Assembly (NCBI RefSeq): GCF_963921235.1
Contig: NC_086097.1
Coordinates: 20,462,001 to 20,526,000 of the forward strand
Origin: Mobula hypostoma
Taxonomy: Eukaryota
Direction: 5' to 3'
Length of the DNA: 64,000 nucleotides
In this document: piece after piece, positions 26,701 through 41,700 of the stretch
Position numbering within the stretch: position 1 is the stretch's first letter
Layout: every line of letters begins with the position of its first letter
Translations under genes and position numbers: made by a program
The notes under the pieces: generated by a model
Seen by the model: the letters and a program-made list of their open reading frames with translations, nothing else
Databases searched by the model: none
What the model was told of the DNA's origin: nothing

Positions 26701-29700
26701 TAGCCACTTTTCCTTCCTGAAACCTTCGGGACGTCGACGCTACACCTCTTTGACCAACTTCAAGCAACCCACTTCGTCCATCCAGCCGCGTTCTTGAACG
26801 TAAACAACATCACGCGGGAATTTTTCTTTCTTTGGGAATGTTTTCCTCTTAAAAATCACCATCGGTGGTAGTTTGGTCCCATCAGCCATACACGTTAACA
26901 CGACAGTAAAAAGTTGCTTCTCGTGTCCAGTTGTTTTGACAAGGACTGTTTTCTCCCCCTTCTGATTGATTTTGATGGCAACCACACTGTCAAAGAGCAC
27001 TGGTGTCTTGTACATGTTACCAATCAGTGACAGCGGGTAAGAAAGTGCCTTTCGATGCTGGATTACAAACGATTGGAAGGCCGTAATCTTATTCTCAAGG
27101 TCGCTCAGCAACTTCTTAACAATTTCTGTTTTTTGTCTCAACACAAGATCACGTCTATTCATAAATCGGGTGTACCAACTTCGCGTAGCTTTGAAATTTT
27201 TGCTGACCTCATGGAGTTTTTCGGCCCATTTCAACGCTTGAACTCGAATCATTCCTCTGGTAATAATGTATCCAGACGATCACTGGTGATTCACCCACTT
27301 TAAAACTTTTTCTTCCAGTTCTAGCCATTGGCATGTTTTCCCGCGGTTTGCACATTTCGTCTTTGGCATTTCCCTCAGCGTGTCCTCTGCCTTTCTCCAC
27401 TCTCTCACTTGTTTCTCGTTTACACTAAGCTTCTTAGCAGCTGCAGAATTATTCATTCCTTTAGCAAAATCAACAAGCTTCAGCTTGAAGCCAGCATCAT
27501 AATCGCATTCATTTTAATCTTTTGTACATGGTGGTCACAAACTCAATACTGAGTACACATACTAATCCTGCCACCCCCTATTATGTTTTAACGAGATTAC
27601 GATGGGTGCTAAATGGTTTCACAGGGGTTACATTTCAGAGGATTCTTTACCATTGGGAACTTAATCCAAAATTTCCCTCTCTTATTTATTTATTAAGAAT
27701 TCGCTTATAATGCTCTATAATGTGTAGGCCTATTTTCTTAGCAGGTACTGGTTCACAAAATTTCCAGGTTCCGGATCAGGCAAAGCTGAGTACCGGCATG
27801 TGAGATCGTGATCTTTTCTGGTTAAATCAAAAACCCCTATGAAAGGGGGTCGGCATATACAAAGGTAACAAGAAAAGTCACTTTTTAAAAAAAGATTGTG
27901 TGTGTGTGTGGGGGGGGTGGTTCCGGCTCATACACCAGAATTTACGGTAATGCCATTTGCCTGCACATAGTCTATATCCTCCCATTCCATATAACAATTA
28001 CAGCATGGAAACATGCCATCTTGGCCGTTCTAGTCTGTGCCGAACTCTTACTCTCACCTAATCTCACTGAGCTGCACTCAGCCCATAACCCTCCATTCCT
28101 TTCCTGTCCATATATCTATCCAATTTAACTTTAAATTACAACATCAAACCTGCCTCAACCACTTCTGCTGGAAGCTCAATCCACACAGCTACCACTCTCT
28201 GAGTAAAGAAGTTCCCCCTCATGTTACCCCTAAATTTTTGCCCTTTAACTCCCAACTCATTCCCTGCTTGTTCAGGCATCAGTTTAAGTTTAAGTGCCTC
28301 TTAAACTTCGTTATCATACCCGTTTCCTTCAGCTCCTTGGCAGCATGTTTTAAGCACTCACCACTGTATTAAAAAAAACAAACTTGCCTAGTAAATTTTA
28401 TTTAAAACTTTCCCACCTTAGAACTATGCCTTCTAACAGTTGACATTTCCACCCTGAGAAAGACAGACTATCTACCTAATTTTATGTACGTCTATCAGAT
28501 CATCTCACAGTTCCTGATGCTTCAGATAAAACATTCTAAGTTTGTCCAACCCTATAGTTAACATTCCCTAACCAAGGTAACATCCCGGTGAACGCCTCAG
28601 CATCCTGGCACCCAAATCCGCACACAATACTCCTGAATGTGGCCTAATCAAAGTTTCATACAGCTGCAAAGGGCTTCCTGACTTTTATGCTTAATGCAGA
28701 AAAGGCAAGTATGCTCTATGCCTTCTATCCATGTTGCCACTTTCAGGGAGTGTTTGTTTTGCATCCAAAGATAGTCCTGTAGATCAATGCTCCTAAGGTC
28801 CTAACATTTACTACATACTTTCCTCTTACATTTGACCTCCTAAAGTGCAGAACACCACTTGTCCAGATTGGAGAAATGACAGACAAACCCATCTGTCACT
28901 TATTTCCCCATTCATTTTTCTAACTTATTATATCCTGATGTATCCTTTGCTAACCTTCCTCTCGATGCATAAATGTGCCAATGTTCATATTTGTAAAATT
29001 ACTAGTCAGCCACCTACATATCAGTCAGGATCATTTATCTATAAGAGGCCCAAACACCACTGGTCACAGATCTCCCAGTCAGAGTAAGGCACCTTTACCA
29101 CTACCCCAAATTCTATCTGCCAATTAAATAAGGGCTGCAAAAAAGCTGGATGGATCCACAGTAAAGTTAAAGAACAGTTGTGTTACTTATGCTGCCCAAA
29201 TAATCTCCTCAGTTCTTTCATAAATCAGATTGGACCATACAAGTTTATGTTTGGAGCTTCAAATTGGAAAGAATTATTTTCCTAGTATATTATATGCACA
29301 TGGCCTCAATCTTTTAAACCAATTGAAGTACCATCTTCAGCACAGACCATTATCAATGATTATAAATTTCAAACTGGTTGGGTGCCTGAGTGGTCATTCA
29401 AGGAGCAAAAAACCCAGTGACTGGAAATTGTACCTGGCAACCGGTTTATTTGAAGAACAGTGAACACAGCCCAGTCCATCAAACCAGTCTCCCCTCCATT
29501 GACTGTTTACACTTCCTATTTTCTTGAGAATGGAGCCAACATTAGGAGCCCTGCTATGCCAGTTCTCTCCTTTCCCTCCTGGCAGAAGTAAAAAAGCTTG
29601 AAAGCACAGGGACAGCTTGAATCCCATTGTTATCAAACTCTTGAACGGACCTCTTGCACACTAAAAGATGAACATTTGATCTCCCAATCTACCTTGAATC

Positions 29701-32700
29701 TATCTGCAGAGACTATAATGTACTTTCATTTTTACTACCTTGTATGGAATGATCTGCCTGCAAGGCATGCAAAGCAAGGCTTTTCGCCTTTCTCAGTACA
29801 TGTGACAATAACAAACTAGTATATTTCAACGCGAGTTGAAATATTTCAAATGAACTTAGAACAATTACTACTTATAGAAACCAAAGCAACAAGTCCCAAT
29901 TTTAAGTGCCAAAAAGCAAACATTCTGAATTATCAACAGCAATCTATCCTCGCTGACCATTACTCTACAACTGCATGCACAATCCACTTCAGAACTTGCG
30001 TTGGAAGTGCTAAGTTTAAAAGTGCCCTGCAATCTGTGTTAGGAAACCTGAGATTTGGCAGTCAGACCAATTATAATCTACCACCTTAAACAATTACTTC
30101 ACATAAAAAGTACAATAAATTGCATATATCAGCAGTTATAAACCAATAAATGTTCCAAACATTTTGGTAAAAATATCCAGAATATTGATAGCCAAATAAT
30201 GCAATTTGAGGCAGAATGCTTAGATCTGTCAGTATAGCCATGTCAGATCTGTCAGTATTCATTTACTGGTTATCCTTTCACTTGAAAAGATTTTCATTAT
30301 CAAATGCTTAACCCTACTCACCTAATTTCAGTGTGTCAACATAGTTGGCAAGTGCCTTCCTGATCTGATCTGCACCATCGGTTTTCATTAGATCCAACAG
30401 TTTTGTCTCAGGTTCATCCTTTACCAGGGCAACAATAACCTGGAAGAAGTGCCGTAGTTACATTCCATATATTATCAAGTTACAAAAAGGCCAAAACCTT
30501 CCAATAATTTAAGCACACATACTTACTGATATCACTTTTCAAACACTTTTTCTGCTCTTATAATAGAATCAACAGATTAATTTGAGGTTATGCAGTATTA
30601 ATCTCCTAGTTATAAGACTTAATATTACCAAGTGAGGAAAGAACTATGGCATAGAATCATGGGATTAGTGTGACAGAAGGACATTAAGTTCACTATTATG
30701 GGCATACACATAGTGGCCACTTTATTAGGTACACCTGCTCATTAATGCAAACATCTAATCAGCCAGTCACCTTGCAGCAACTCAATGCATAAAAGCATGC
30801 AGACATGGTCAAGAGGATCAGTTGTTCAGACCAAACATCAGAATGGGGGAGAGAAATTCATTCTGACTTTCAAAGTGACTTTGGCCATGGAATGATTGAT
30901 GTTGCCAGACAATGTGGTTTGAGCATCTCAGAAACTCTTGAAATCCTGGGACTTTCATCACATATGCCTCTAGAGTTTACAGAGATCGATGAGAAAAACA
31001 AAGAAACATCCAGTCAGTGGCAGTTCTATGGGCGAAAAGCCTTGTTAACGAGAGGCAAAAGGAGAATAGCCAGACTGGTTGAGTTACTCAAATAACCACA
31101 CATTACAACAGTGGTTTCCAGATGAGGAGCTCTGCACAGTCGAACCTTGAAGTGGATGAGCTACAGCAGCAGAAGACCACACCATGTTTATTTGGTACCT
31201 AATAAAGTGGCCCCTCAGTGTATATACCAACTGCGTAAATACCATGGAAAGCACAGAGGAAATGTGGAGTACGTAACTTTACCAGGCAACCTGGAAATAC
31301 TGGCAGCTGCAGATTTCAAAATGAATTACAAAATAGTTAAATACCAATCCTGTGTTTTATCAAAATAAATTTTAAACTGCAAGTTGAGAGGTGGGTTTAG
31401 ACTTTCTTTACAAATTGGTTGAAAATGGAGTGCAAAATTAGTTAGTATTCAGATTTCATAAACCTGACTGTTGCATCATTTAGTATTTCTATTGCTGGTA
31501 AAGGCTCAAACTGCTATTTTAAAAACAAAGGTTTAATGCAGTTTAGTTTTCAAAATCAGTTAACTGCAGTTAGGAGACACCAAGGTAATGATGTATTGAA
31601 ATTTCAGAGAACCTGCAGCTGTATATTAGACAATAGAAATTAAAAACACGGATAGATGGACAGACATCTTCAATTCCCCACAGCAATGGATATAATCCTA
31701 CAATTCCAATTAGAATCCAGAATAGCTAAAGAAACCTACTCAGTCCAGTTGAAATCTTACGGGGAATTTAAGATTAAATGCATCTCATTACACTCCTAAA
31801 CCACCAGTTATTGTGCAGTGCTTCAGATTCAACACTCAGTTAGAAAATGAAATCAGTACCAACATTTCTTGCTGAATTAAGAAAACTGACTGAATTTTGT
31901 GATTTTAGCACTGTTCGAGAAGACATGGTGTGATTGCTTGATCATCGGCGTATGTGATATTCAAATTCAACATTGCATATTGACAGAATCAGAACTCACA
32001 CTTAAGTCGGCCTTGATAATGCAAATGGCATGAAAGTGGCAGATAAGATTGCAGTTTTGTTGTCACATGCAAAGTTCAGAGGCGATGTCCTTCTCACCTA
32101 CAACTGCTGCAGATTATACTGACATTAGTGTCCCTAACTAAGAAAAAAAATTATACTCCAAGTTTCTGACATTACTGTTGCAGTTAATTTCACCAGAAGC
32201 CTACTGTCAACACCGAGACTCTGCCATACTTGCCAAAAGAAAGGACACTTGGTAAGATTTTGCTGATCTTGGCCCCCATTCAAACCAAAACATTCCACAG
32301 CAGCACAATACGCGGTTATGGAGCCGGAGGCATTTGTAATAAACTCAAATGGTCTGTGGTGGTTCCCCTATATGGATGGTTTTAAAGATTAACACCAGTC
32401 TCATTCCCTTTGAACTTGTCACTGGCTGTACTATTACTCCACAGTGAAAAGACAGGCCCCAACTCATTGAAGACATTTACGCCACTGCATTACAGACTGA
32501 AGACTTGCACAGGGAAGCAGTTACAGCTACTTGGTTGTGGCAGGGTTCTTCTTGAGCATGAAAATCAATTGCACCAACTACCAGTGCATATCACTAAGGA
32601 ATAAGGAGCGAACTTACTCAGGTGCGATTGGCTACAGCAAGTGCCTAGCGTAGGTGAGTATTAGATGAAAATTGACACATCAGTCAAGAGCTTACTCAAA

Positions 32701-35700
32701 TGGTATGAACTTATTTTCAGCAACCCTGATGAAGGCAAGCTCAACAGTACCAAAGTACGTACATCAGAATCAGGCACAACCAAACCCAAGCTCTTCAAGG
32801 CACGTTCCCTGCCATACATGCTTCACCCCAAAGTCAACAGCTTATGCGATTACAAGAAAACCTGTGAGATTTTCACACCAGGCAATCCCTATTGTGCCAG
32901 TAGTCAAGAGTAAGAATATGTTGAGATTACATGATCACAGTGAACTCATGCCAACATTTAGAGACATTCCCAATTCCAAAGATAGGAGACATCTATATAA
33001 CACTAGGAGGCAAAAATTATTCACTAAACTTGACTTTGCACTTGCATACCAACAGCTCGAGCTAGAAGAGCAGTCCAAGAGTCTACTATTGCAATCCAGA
33101 AAGACTTGTTCCAGTATATGAGGCTCCCATTCAAGATATATTAATCTCCAGCAATATTCCAACATACCATCAAATCTGATTACCAAGTCAACCCTAGAAG
33201 AGCACCTGAATAACCCTGATAAAACCTTCTCCCAACTAAAGAGTGAGAAATGCATCTTTCTGGCAGTTCATGTAGCATACCAAGGTTTTCGCTTGGATTC
33301 CAAAGGTATATATCCAGTCAAAGAAAAGCTTCATCCCATTTATGAAGCCCCAGCACCAAGGAATATAGATAAAGTTCACTCCTTTTTGGGCATGTTTAAT
33401 TATCATGCCAGATTTTGTCTGCTTAATGATCTATTGAAGAAAGGTACGAGGTGGCTTTGGGAACAGGCAAAGGAAGCTGGTTTTCAGAGAGCCAAACAAA
33501 TGCTGATTTAATTCCAAGCATTAATGCACTTCAGACCCAGGGTGCCAATAGTTTTGTACTGTGATGCCTTCCCGTATGGTGTTAGTGCAGTGCTAACCCA
33601 GAAGAATACAAATGATAACGAAAAGCCTGTTGCTTTTGCAGCACGCACTCGTAACTCAGCCGAACAAAATTATGCACAGTTGGGCGAGGAAGCATTGGTG
33701 GTTGTTTTTGGCATCATGCATACACACCATCAACTGTATGACCGATGTTTCAAGATTCATACGGACCACAAGCCATTGGTGGGATTGCTTGGTGACAGCA
33801 AGGCCATGCCGCAGATGCCTTCACCAAGGATGCAACAGTGGGCCCTATACCCGTCTGCTCAATAGTACACACTACCTTCTCTTCCCGGTAGAAACAACTG
33901 CATCACAGACGCCTTAAACCCTTTTCCGCTATGTGAATATCCTTGAGTCAGAACTTCCAGGCGACTTCCTGTTGGTGGTGGATGGATTAACAGCATTTTA
34001 CAGCCGCTCCTAGTTTACTTTACTTTACTTTTCTTTTCCTACTTTCCAACCTGAACTGACACTATGACTACGAGAACTGCTAAAGGGAAAAAAGAATATT
34101 CTTCTAAATCTTTGGATTTTATTATTGAATTGATGCAAAAGCACAGAAAGGAAGCATCCAAGGAATTGCAGCGATTCAGAAAAGAATTCTTTGAGGAATC
34201 TCAGCAATTCAGAAAGGAATCCTCCGAAGAGTTTCAACAACTTGGCTCTGAAATTAAGCAATTAAGCACAAAACTGGATTCTATTCAAGAAACCCTGAGT
34301 ATGATAAATGAATAGAAGAGAATGAAGAAATCTTGTCGATTCTGGATGAGAAAATGGACGACCTGCAAAAGCGTTATGAAAAAAAGGTTAACGACGAACT
34401 AAGACAGAAGATTATTAATTTAGAAAACAGAAGTAGAAGGAATATCGTACGAATTCTTGGTCTTGAAGAGGCGATTGTCCTACGAAATTTTTTTGCAAAC
34501 TTTCTGGTTCAGTTATTTCCTGACATTTTAAAATCAACACCAATGATCGACTGAATGCACAGAATACCTGGGAACAGAATGTTTACAAGCAAGCCTCATG
34601 AGTTTCAAACAAAGGACCTTATAATTCATGAATCTCGTCAGAAAGGTATGATTGATTTTAATGGAAAAAAGAATAGAAATGTTGAAGATTTCTCAGTAGA
34701 GATTATGAGGGAACGTGCTAAGTTCAAAAGCATCATGTCAGAGTTCTACAAAAAAGATTTTAAACCTTCTTTACAGTACCTGGCAAAGCTCAGAATTACA
34801 TTGCAGAATGGATCGCAAAAATGTTTCCGTTCGAGTCTCCAGGCTCAGGATTATTTAGTCAGTAAAGTGACTGCTTATTATTTGTTACATGAATAACTGC
34901 TTATTTTACCTTTGCTAAACTTTGTACTTAACTCTTTCTTTTTGAACTTTTTAAGGATTTATTTTGAGAATAAGACTTTAATGTGCTATTACTTTGTCTG
35001 TTAAGTTTAAAAGTGTCATGTTAGAGCTGTTTAACAAATGCTTGCATGAATAATTGTGTATTTTGCCTCTGGTGAATCTTGTAGTCAATTTTCTTTCAGA
35101 ACCCCTTAAGGTTTTACTTTGAGATTAAGATTTTAATGAGCCAATATTCTGTGTGTCCATATTATTTTATATTATACTTACTTTTCTAGAGTTTTTTTTT
35201 GGATACCAGAATTAACTGTCTCTTTATTATCTGTTGTCTAGACTAGGTTGGAATATTCTAACCTTGTAATTTATTTGGAGCTAAGCCAGCAGAATTTTTG
35301 GGGGGATGTCATCATTAGTCGTAGGCATCCACTTTCTCTCTTTGGGAAGGGGGAGGGTGTTTGGTTTTTTTTCTTGGAAGCTGTTTGGGATTTTTAGTCA
35401 AACCTGTTGTTTAGTTTTCTTATCTCATAGGTCATTGTTTAGTTTTATTAATCTTCTTGAGGATTATCCTTTCAATTTCTTTTTTTAAATAATAATAAAA
35501 TGGATTTATAATACTAAATTACTTAGTCTTAACATGAAAGGATTAAATCATCCTTTGAAAAGAAATAAGATATTTGCCTATATTAAAAAAAATTTAAGGT
35601 CCCAATTATTTTTTTTTTAAAAACAAGAAACACACGTACGTAATTCTGATAACTCACACCTTTTTAGCCGATGGAAAGGCTCACACTTTCATTCAAGTTT

Positions 35701-38700
35701 TCAGGCCAAAGCTAGAGGTGTTTCGATTCTTATAGAAAATATAGTTCCTTTTGTTCAACACAAGGTTGTTTCTGATACTAATGGACGATTTGTTATAGTA
35801 TCAGGGAAGTTAGAGAATAAATTGTTGGTATTTGCCAATGTTTATGCCCCAAATATAGATGATCCAGGATTCTTTAAGCTATTTTTTTCGTTTTTGCCTT
35901 ATCTGAGTGTGTATTCATTGGTGATGGCAGGAGATTTTAATTGCAGGTTAGATGCAGTTTTAGATCGGTCCTCTTCTAAACCAGCGACACTTATTAAATC
36001 AGTTTCTTTTATTCATTCATTTTTAACGAAATGTGGTATTGTTCATATATGGCATTTCTTACATCCAACAAGTAGAGAATAGAACCAGAGAATATTACAG
36101 CACAGAAACAGGCCTTTTGGTCCTTGTTGGCTGTGCCAAACCATTTTTCTGCCTAGTCACACTGACCTGCACCTGGACCATATCCTTCCATACACCTCTC
36201 ATTCATGTACCTGTCCAAGTTTTTCTTAAATGTTAAAAGTGAGCCTGCATTTACCACTTCATCTGGCAGCTCATTCCACACTCCCACCACTCTGTGTGAA
36301 GAAGCCTCCCCCCCCCCCGCTAATGTTCCCTTTAAACTTTTCCCCCTTCACCCTCAACCCACGTACTCTGGTTTTTTTCTCCTCTAGTCTCAGTGGAAAA
36401 AGCCTGCTTGCATTCACTCTATCTATACCCATCATAATTTTATATACCTCTATCAAATCTCCCCTCATTCTTCTACACTCCAGGAAATAAAGTCCTAACC
36501 AATTCAACCTTTCTGTGTAACCCAGTTTCTCAAGTCCCAGCAACATCTTTGTAAACCTTCTCTGCACTCTTTCCACCAATACTCTTTTTTTCTCTCATGT
36601 TCATCATACGTATTCCAGAATTGACTATTTTTTTAATTGATAACCAAATGATTCCATTCGTTCGATCTTGTGAATATAAAGAGATTGCTATCTCTGACCA
36701 TGCTCCTGTGCTTTTATCCATAAATCTTCCTGGTTTTCCTCAGATTCTAGCGTTTTAATTTAACTGTTATCTGATAAGGATTTCTTAAAGTTCTTGGAGA
36801 GGCAAATCACTTTTTGGAAGAGAATATGGTAGAGGCGACCTCTAGCCTTGTCACATGGGATGCCTTTAAAGCATATATTAGAGGACAAATCATTTCTTAT
36901 ACTGCAAGTGTTAAGAAAAAAGCTAATAAAGAGAGAATTAATTTAACCAAAGAGCTGAAACAATTAGATGAAGAATATGCTTTGACTTTAGATCACGTTG
37001 TATATAAAAGACTGGCTGAAATTAAAGCTAAATTGTTTTATTAACATACCCTATTGAAACTCAACTCCTAAAGGATAAAAGTCAATTTTATATTCATGGA
37101 GATAAAACAGGTAAATTATTGGCTAACCAAATTAAAACTTCTAGTGCTAAACGACAGACTGAAGAAATTTATAAAGCTAATCATATTAGGACAACTGATC
37201 ATTTAGAAATATTATTCCAAACTTTATAGTTCTGATCTTAAGGATAATACTGTAATGGACAACTTTTAAGACCAAATAAATATCCCTACGCTTTCTGATG
37301 ACCGAAAACAGTTGGATCAATGTATTTCTCACGAAGAAATAGCCGAGGCTGTACGTTCACTGCATTCGGGGAAAGCTCCGGACCGATTTTCTGGAGAATT
37401 TTATAAGGCTTTTTCTTCTTTGCTCATACCCCATTTATGTTCAGTTTTTTCAGAATCTTTTAAGTCAGGTAGGTTGCCGCAATCTTTTTACGAAGCTTCT
37501 ATTTCGCTTATCCTTAAAAAAAATAAGAACCCAACTGAATGTTCTTCCTTACTTACTTTCCTTACTTAATGTTGATGCTAAAATTTTATCTAAAGTTCTG
37601 GCCCGTAGGATGGAAAATATCTTACCATCTATCATTTCTGACTATCAGGCTGGTTTCTATTAAAAATCGATATTCTCATTTTAATATTCGTCGATTATTA
37701 AATGTTATTTATTCTCCTTCTAAGGAGATATCGGAGTGTGTGATATCCTTAGACGCTGAGAAGGCTTTTGATCGAGTTGAATGGCATTATTTATTTAAAA
37801 TCTTAGAAAAATTTAATTTTGGGTCCAACTTTATTCAATGGATTAAATTACTGTATTTATCCCCTTTTGCTCGGGTTCTTACTAATTCTCAGAATTCTAA
37901 ACCATTTAAACTTCAACGTGGAACCAGACAAGGTTGCCCTTTGAGTTCTTTGCTTTTTGACCTAGCTTTAGAACCTTTAGCTATTGCTTTTCGAGAATCT
38001 AACGATATCACTGGTATTTTACGGAAGGGTACTATCCACAAAGTTTCATTTTATGCAGATGATTTATTGCTTTACATTTCTAATGTAAAAACTTCATTAC
38101 CTTCTGTGCTTTCTTTACTATCTTGTTTTAGTCAGTTTTCTGGATATAAACTGAACCTACACAAGAGTGAACTTTTTCCTTTGAATATTTTGCCATTAAC
38201 TGATATTAACCATCCTTTTAAAATTGTAAGAAACGAATTCACTTATTTGGGTGTAACAATTACTAAGAATTATAAATACTTATTTAAAGAAAATTTTCTT
38301 ACTTTTTTAAATCATATAAAAAGAACATTATCAAATTGGTCGCCCCTTTCGTTATCACTGATTGGCCAAATTAATTCTATCAAAATGAATATTTTACCTA
38401 AATTTATATACCTCTTTCAGGTATTACCCACTTTTATTCCCAAATCTTTTTTTGACTCTGTACTCTATTTTATCCTCCTACATATGAAAAAATAAACATC
38501 CTTGATTGAATAAAGTCCATCTCCACAAAGTTAAAAAGAATGGAGGTTTGGGGTCATCAAGGGAGTGGCGGCGCAAGGAAAAGGTCTCTCGACAAAAAAG
38601 AAGGTAAACTGCCCCAAAATCGAATTTAGACAAATACTTAATATTGCATAACTATATTAATAAAAGGGGCAAGGATGATGTCTAAGAACAAGAATAAAAA

Positions 38701-41700
38701 GTCCGCTTCGAAGGCTGATAAACATAAAGAGACGCAGCAAGGCGACGAGCCTAGCTCCCCCACGGCAAGCCAGGACGGAGATAATGAGGGGGAAATCGGT
38801 GACTCTGTCTTTGATTCTCGGAGAGATTCGCGAGTTCCGACAAGATAACAGCAAACAGCTGGAAGATATTAAAGGAGAAATAGTAAAAACTAACTCGCGG
38901 ATAGATGAAGCCGAAGTGAGGATTGTTGGAATTGAAGAGAAGCTACAAAATGCCGAGGAAGTGATAGCAGAAATGCTGAAGCTACAAGACCAACTCCAGT
39001 GGAAATTAATAGATCAAGAAGGCCGCTCGAGAAGGGAAAATGTGAGGATCTATGGAGTTCCCGAAGGAACCGAAGGTAAACCTGGATTGATGATTCCCTT
39101 CGTGGAGAAGCTGCTTAGAGAGAACCTTGATATACCGGCCGCAAAAGACCTACAGATAGAAAGGGCTCACCGTACGTTGGCACCACAGCCTCCAGCAGGC
39201 ACCCAGCCCAGATCGATTCTGATCAGATTTCTCAGTTACAGAACGAAGGAAGAGGTGCTTAAAAGAGCATGGCAAAAGAAAGGTTTCATGTGGAACAACT
39301 GTAAAATCAGTTTAGACCACGACTACGCACCGGGGATTCTTGCCAGACGGAAGGAATATACGGAAACACGGAGAGTCCTGAAGGAAAACAACAACAGATT
39401 CCAGACCCTGTATCCAGCTCGGCTGAGAGTCTTTTACGACGAAGGGACAAAAACTTACGCTACGGTGGAGGAGGCAACGTCGGACCTGGTGGACCGGGAA
39501 CTACCTATTAAAGTTATCGCCCAACCGGAGTCGCTACTGGAGAGGATTCGGCAGAAGTCGTGGCAGTTAGTGGGGCGAGGACGCTCCACTCGAACCAGAG
39601 TGTCAAACTACAAGGAAAAGCTGCAAATATTCAGATGCGAATGTACAGAGAATACAGATTAATTAAGAGAAATGACTGAAAAGAGTAAATCGGACTTAAA
39701 AGTAAAATGAAAACTGGTAACTGAAAATAATCTAGGCGGAATAACTTGAATGATAGCAATATGGTCGAGACATAAATAGGAGAAAATTCTCTGATTATTC
39801 AAACTGCTGAGGGCCCTCTAACACAGGGTGAAGATAGAGGTTAGCCCTCTGAACTGAGGCGGGTCGGTGCTCAGGCCTCACTGTGGGAAGTCGGGGAAAA
39901 TTTTCAAATGTTATACGTTCAGAAATGTCTAGGGTGTGGTTATATGTCTTGGTTTACTGTTGAGAAGGGATTGCTTACTGTTTGGTTAGAAAAGGAGAGT
40001 GCTTTTTTTCTACTAGAGAAAAATGCAAACTGAATTGGTAAAAGTAATTTCCTATAATGTTAATGGGGTTTTGAATCCAATTAAAAGAAATAAGATTATG
40101 TCTAAATTGAAAAAAGAGAGGGCACAAATAGCTTTCCTCCAGGAAACACATATGAGCCAATCTGAACATGGAAAATTAAAAAGAATGGGCTTTAAGCATG
40201 TATTTTATTCATCATATAAATTGAGTCACAAAAGAGGGGTAGCTACTTTAATATCAAGTACTCTTAATTATGAACATATTTCAGAGACTAGAGACAAAGA
40301 AGGACGGTTTGTAAAAATCACAGGAAGAATAGAAGGTACAGAAATAACATTGCTGAATGTTTATGCTCCTCCAGGTAGTGAATGGTCATTTTATAGACAC
40401 ATTTTTGACCTAATGGTCAGTTCTCGAGGGGTAGTAATTTGTGGAGGGGATTTTAATATTAGATTAAATCCTATATTAGATTCTTCAAGAATAGTTAATC
40501 AGAATAAACCTCTGACTCGGAAAGTGAATTCATTGATGGAGGAGTTGGGAATTATAGATGTCTGGAGGGAATTACACCCTACTAGTAAAGATTATACATA
40601 TTACTCTTTCCCTCATTCAGCCTATTCAAGGATAGACTATTTCTTTATCTTTAATACAGATAGACTCAGGATAAAAAACTGTAATATTGCAACAATTGAT
40701 CTGTCGGATCATAGCCCAGTCTCTATGTCTCTAATGCTGGAAAGGAAAATGAGGAAAACACTATGGAGGCTAAACTCACATATACTTAATTACCCAAAAG
40801 TAATGGAGAGATTAAGGGGAGAAATCAAAGAATATCTAGACCTTAATGACACGGGAGAAACATCACCAGTGATTTTATGGGATACATTGAAAGCTGTACT
40901 GAGAGGGAAAATTATTTCCATTACTACTCACATGAAAAAAATCAATGCACAAAAACTAGCAGACCTTCAAGGAAAATTAAAACAACTTCAAGTTGGAGAT
41001 AGCAACAAAAGTAATTCAAATCGAAAACAGGAAATTAGGAAATTGCAAAGTGAAATTGATGATATTTATACGTTGGAAACTCAAAGAAATTTTCTTTACC
41101 TGAGACAAAAGAATTATGAAGTAGGAGGTAAATCAGCTAGATTATTAGCATATAAATTACGAAAACAACAAGCAGACAATACAATTCATAAAATAAAGAA
41201 TCCAAAGACAAAGCTTGTGGAGAGTACAATAGGGAAAATTCAAGAGAGTTTTGAAACGTATTATCGAGAGCTGTACTCCCAACCCCGGGCCCCCAATGAG
41301 CCCTATATAGACAGTGTATTGAATTTTTTAAATCTACCTAAACTTACAGATTTACAAAATGAAAGTTTATTAGAACCAGTAACTGTCAAAGAACTGAACG
41401 TGGCCATCTCTAGGTTAAAGGCTGGAAGGTCCCCGGGTTCTGATGGGTTTACCTCAGAGTGGTACAAGTCCCTGAAGACACAGTTAGCCCCATTACTACT
41501 TAACACCTTTAATTGGATCTTGCAGAGAGGAGAAACTCCACCTTCCTGGAGAGAAGCGATTATTTCAGTTATTCCTAAAGAGGGTAAAGATAAACTAGAA
41601 TGTGGCAATTATCGGCCAATTAGTGTTCTTAATTTAGATTACAAACTATTTACATCTATATTAGCGCGCAGATTGGAAAAGCTTTTACCTGGCCTAATCC

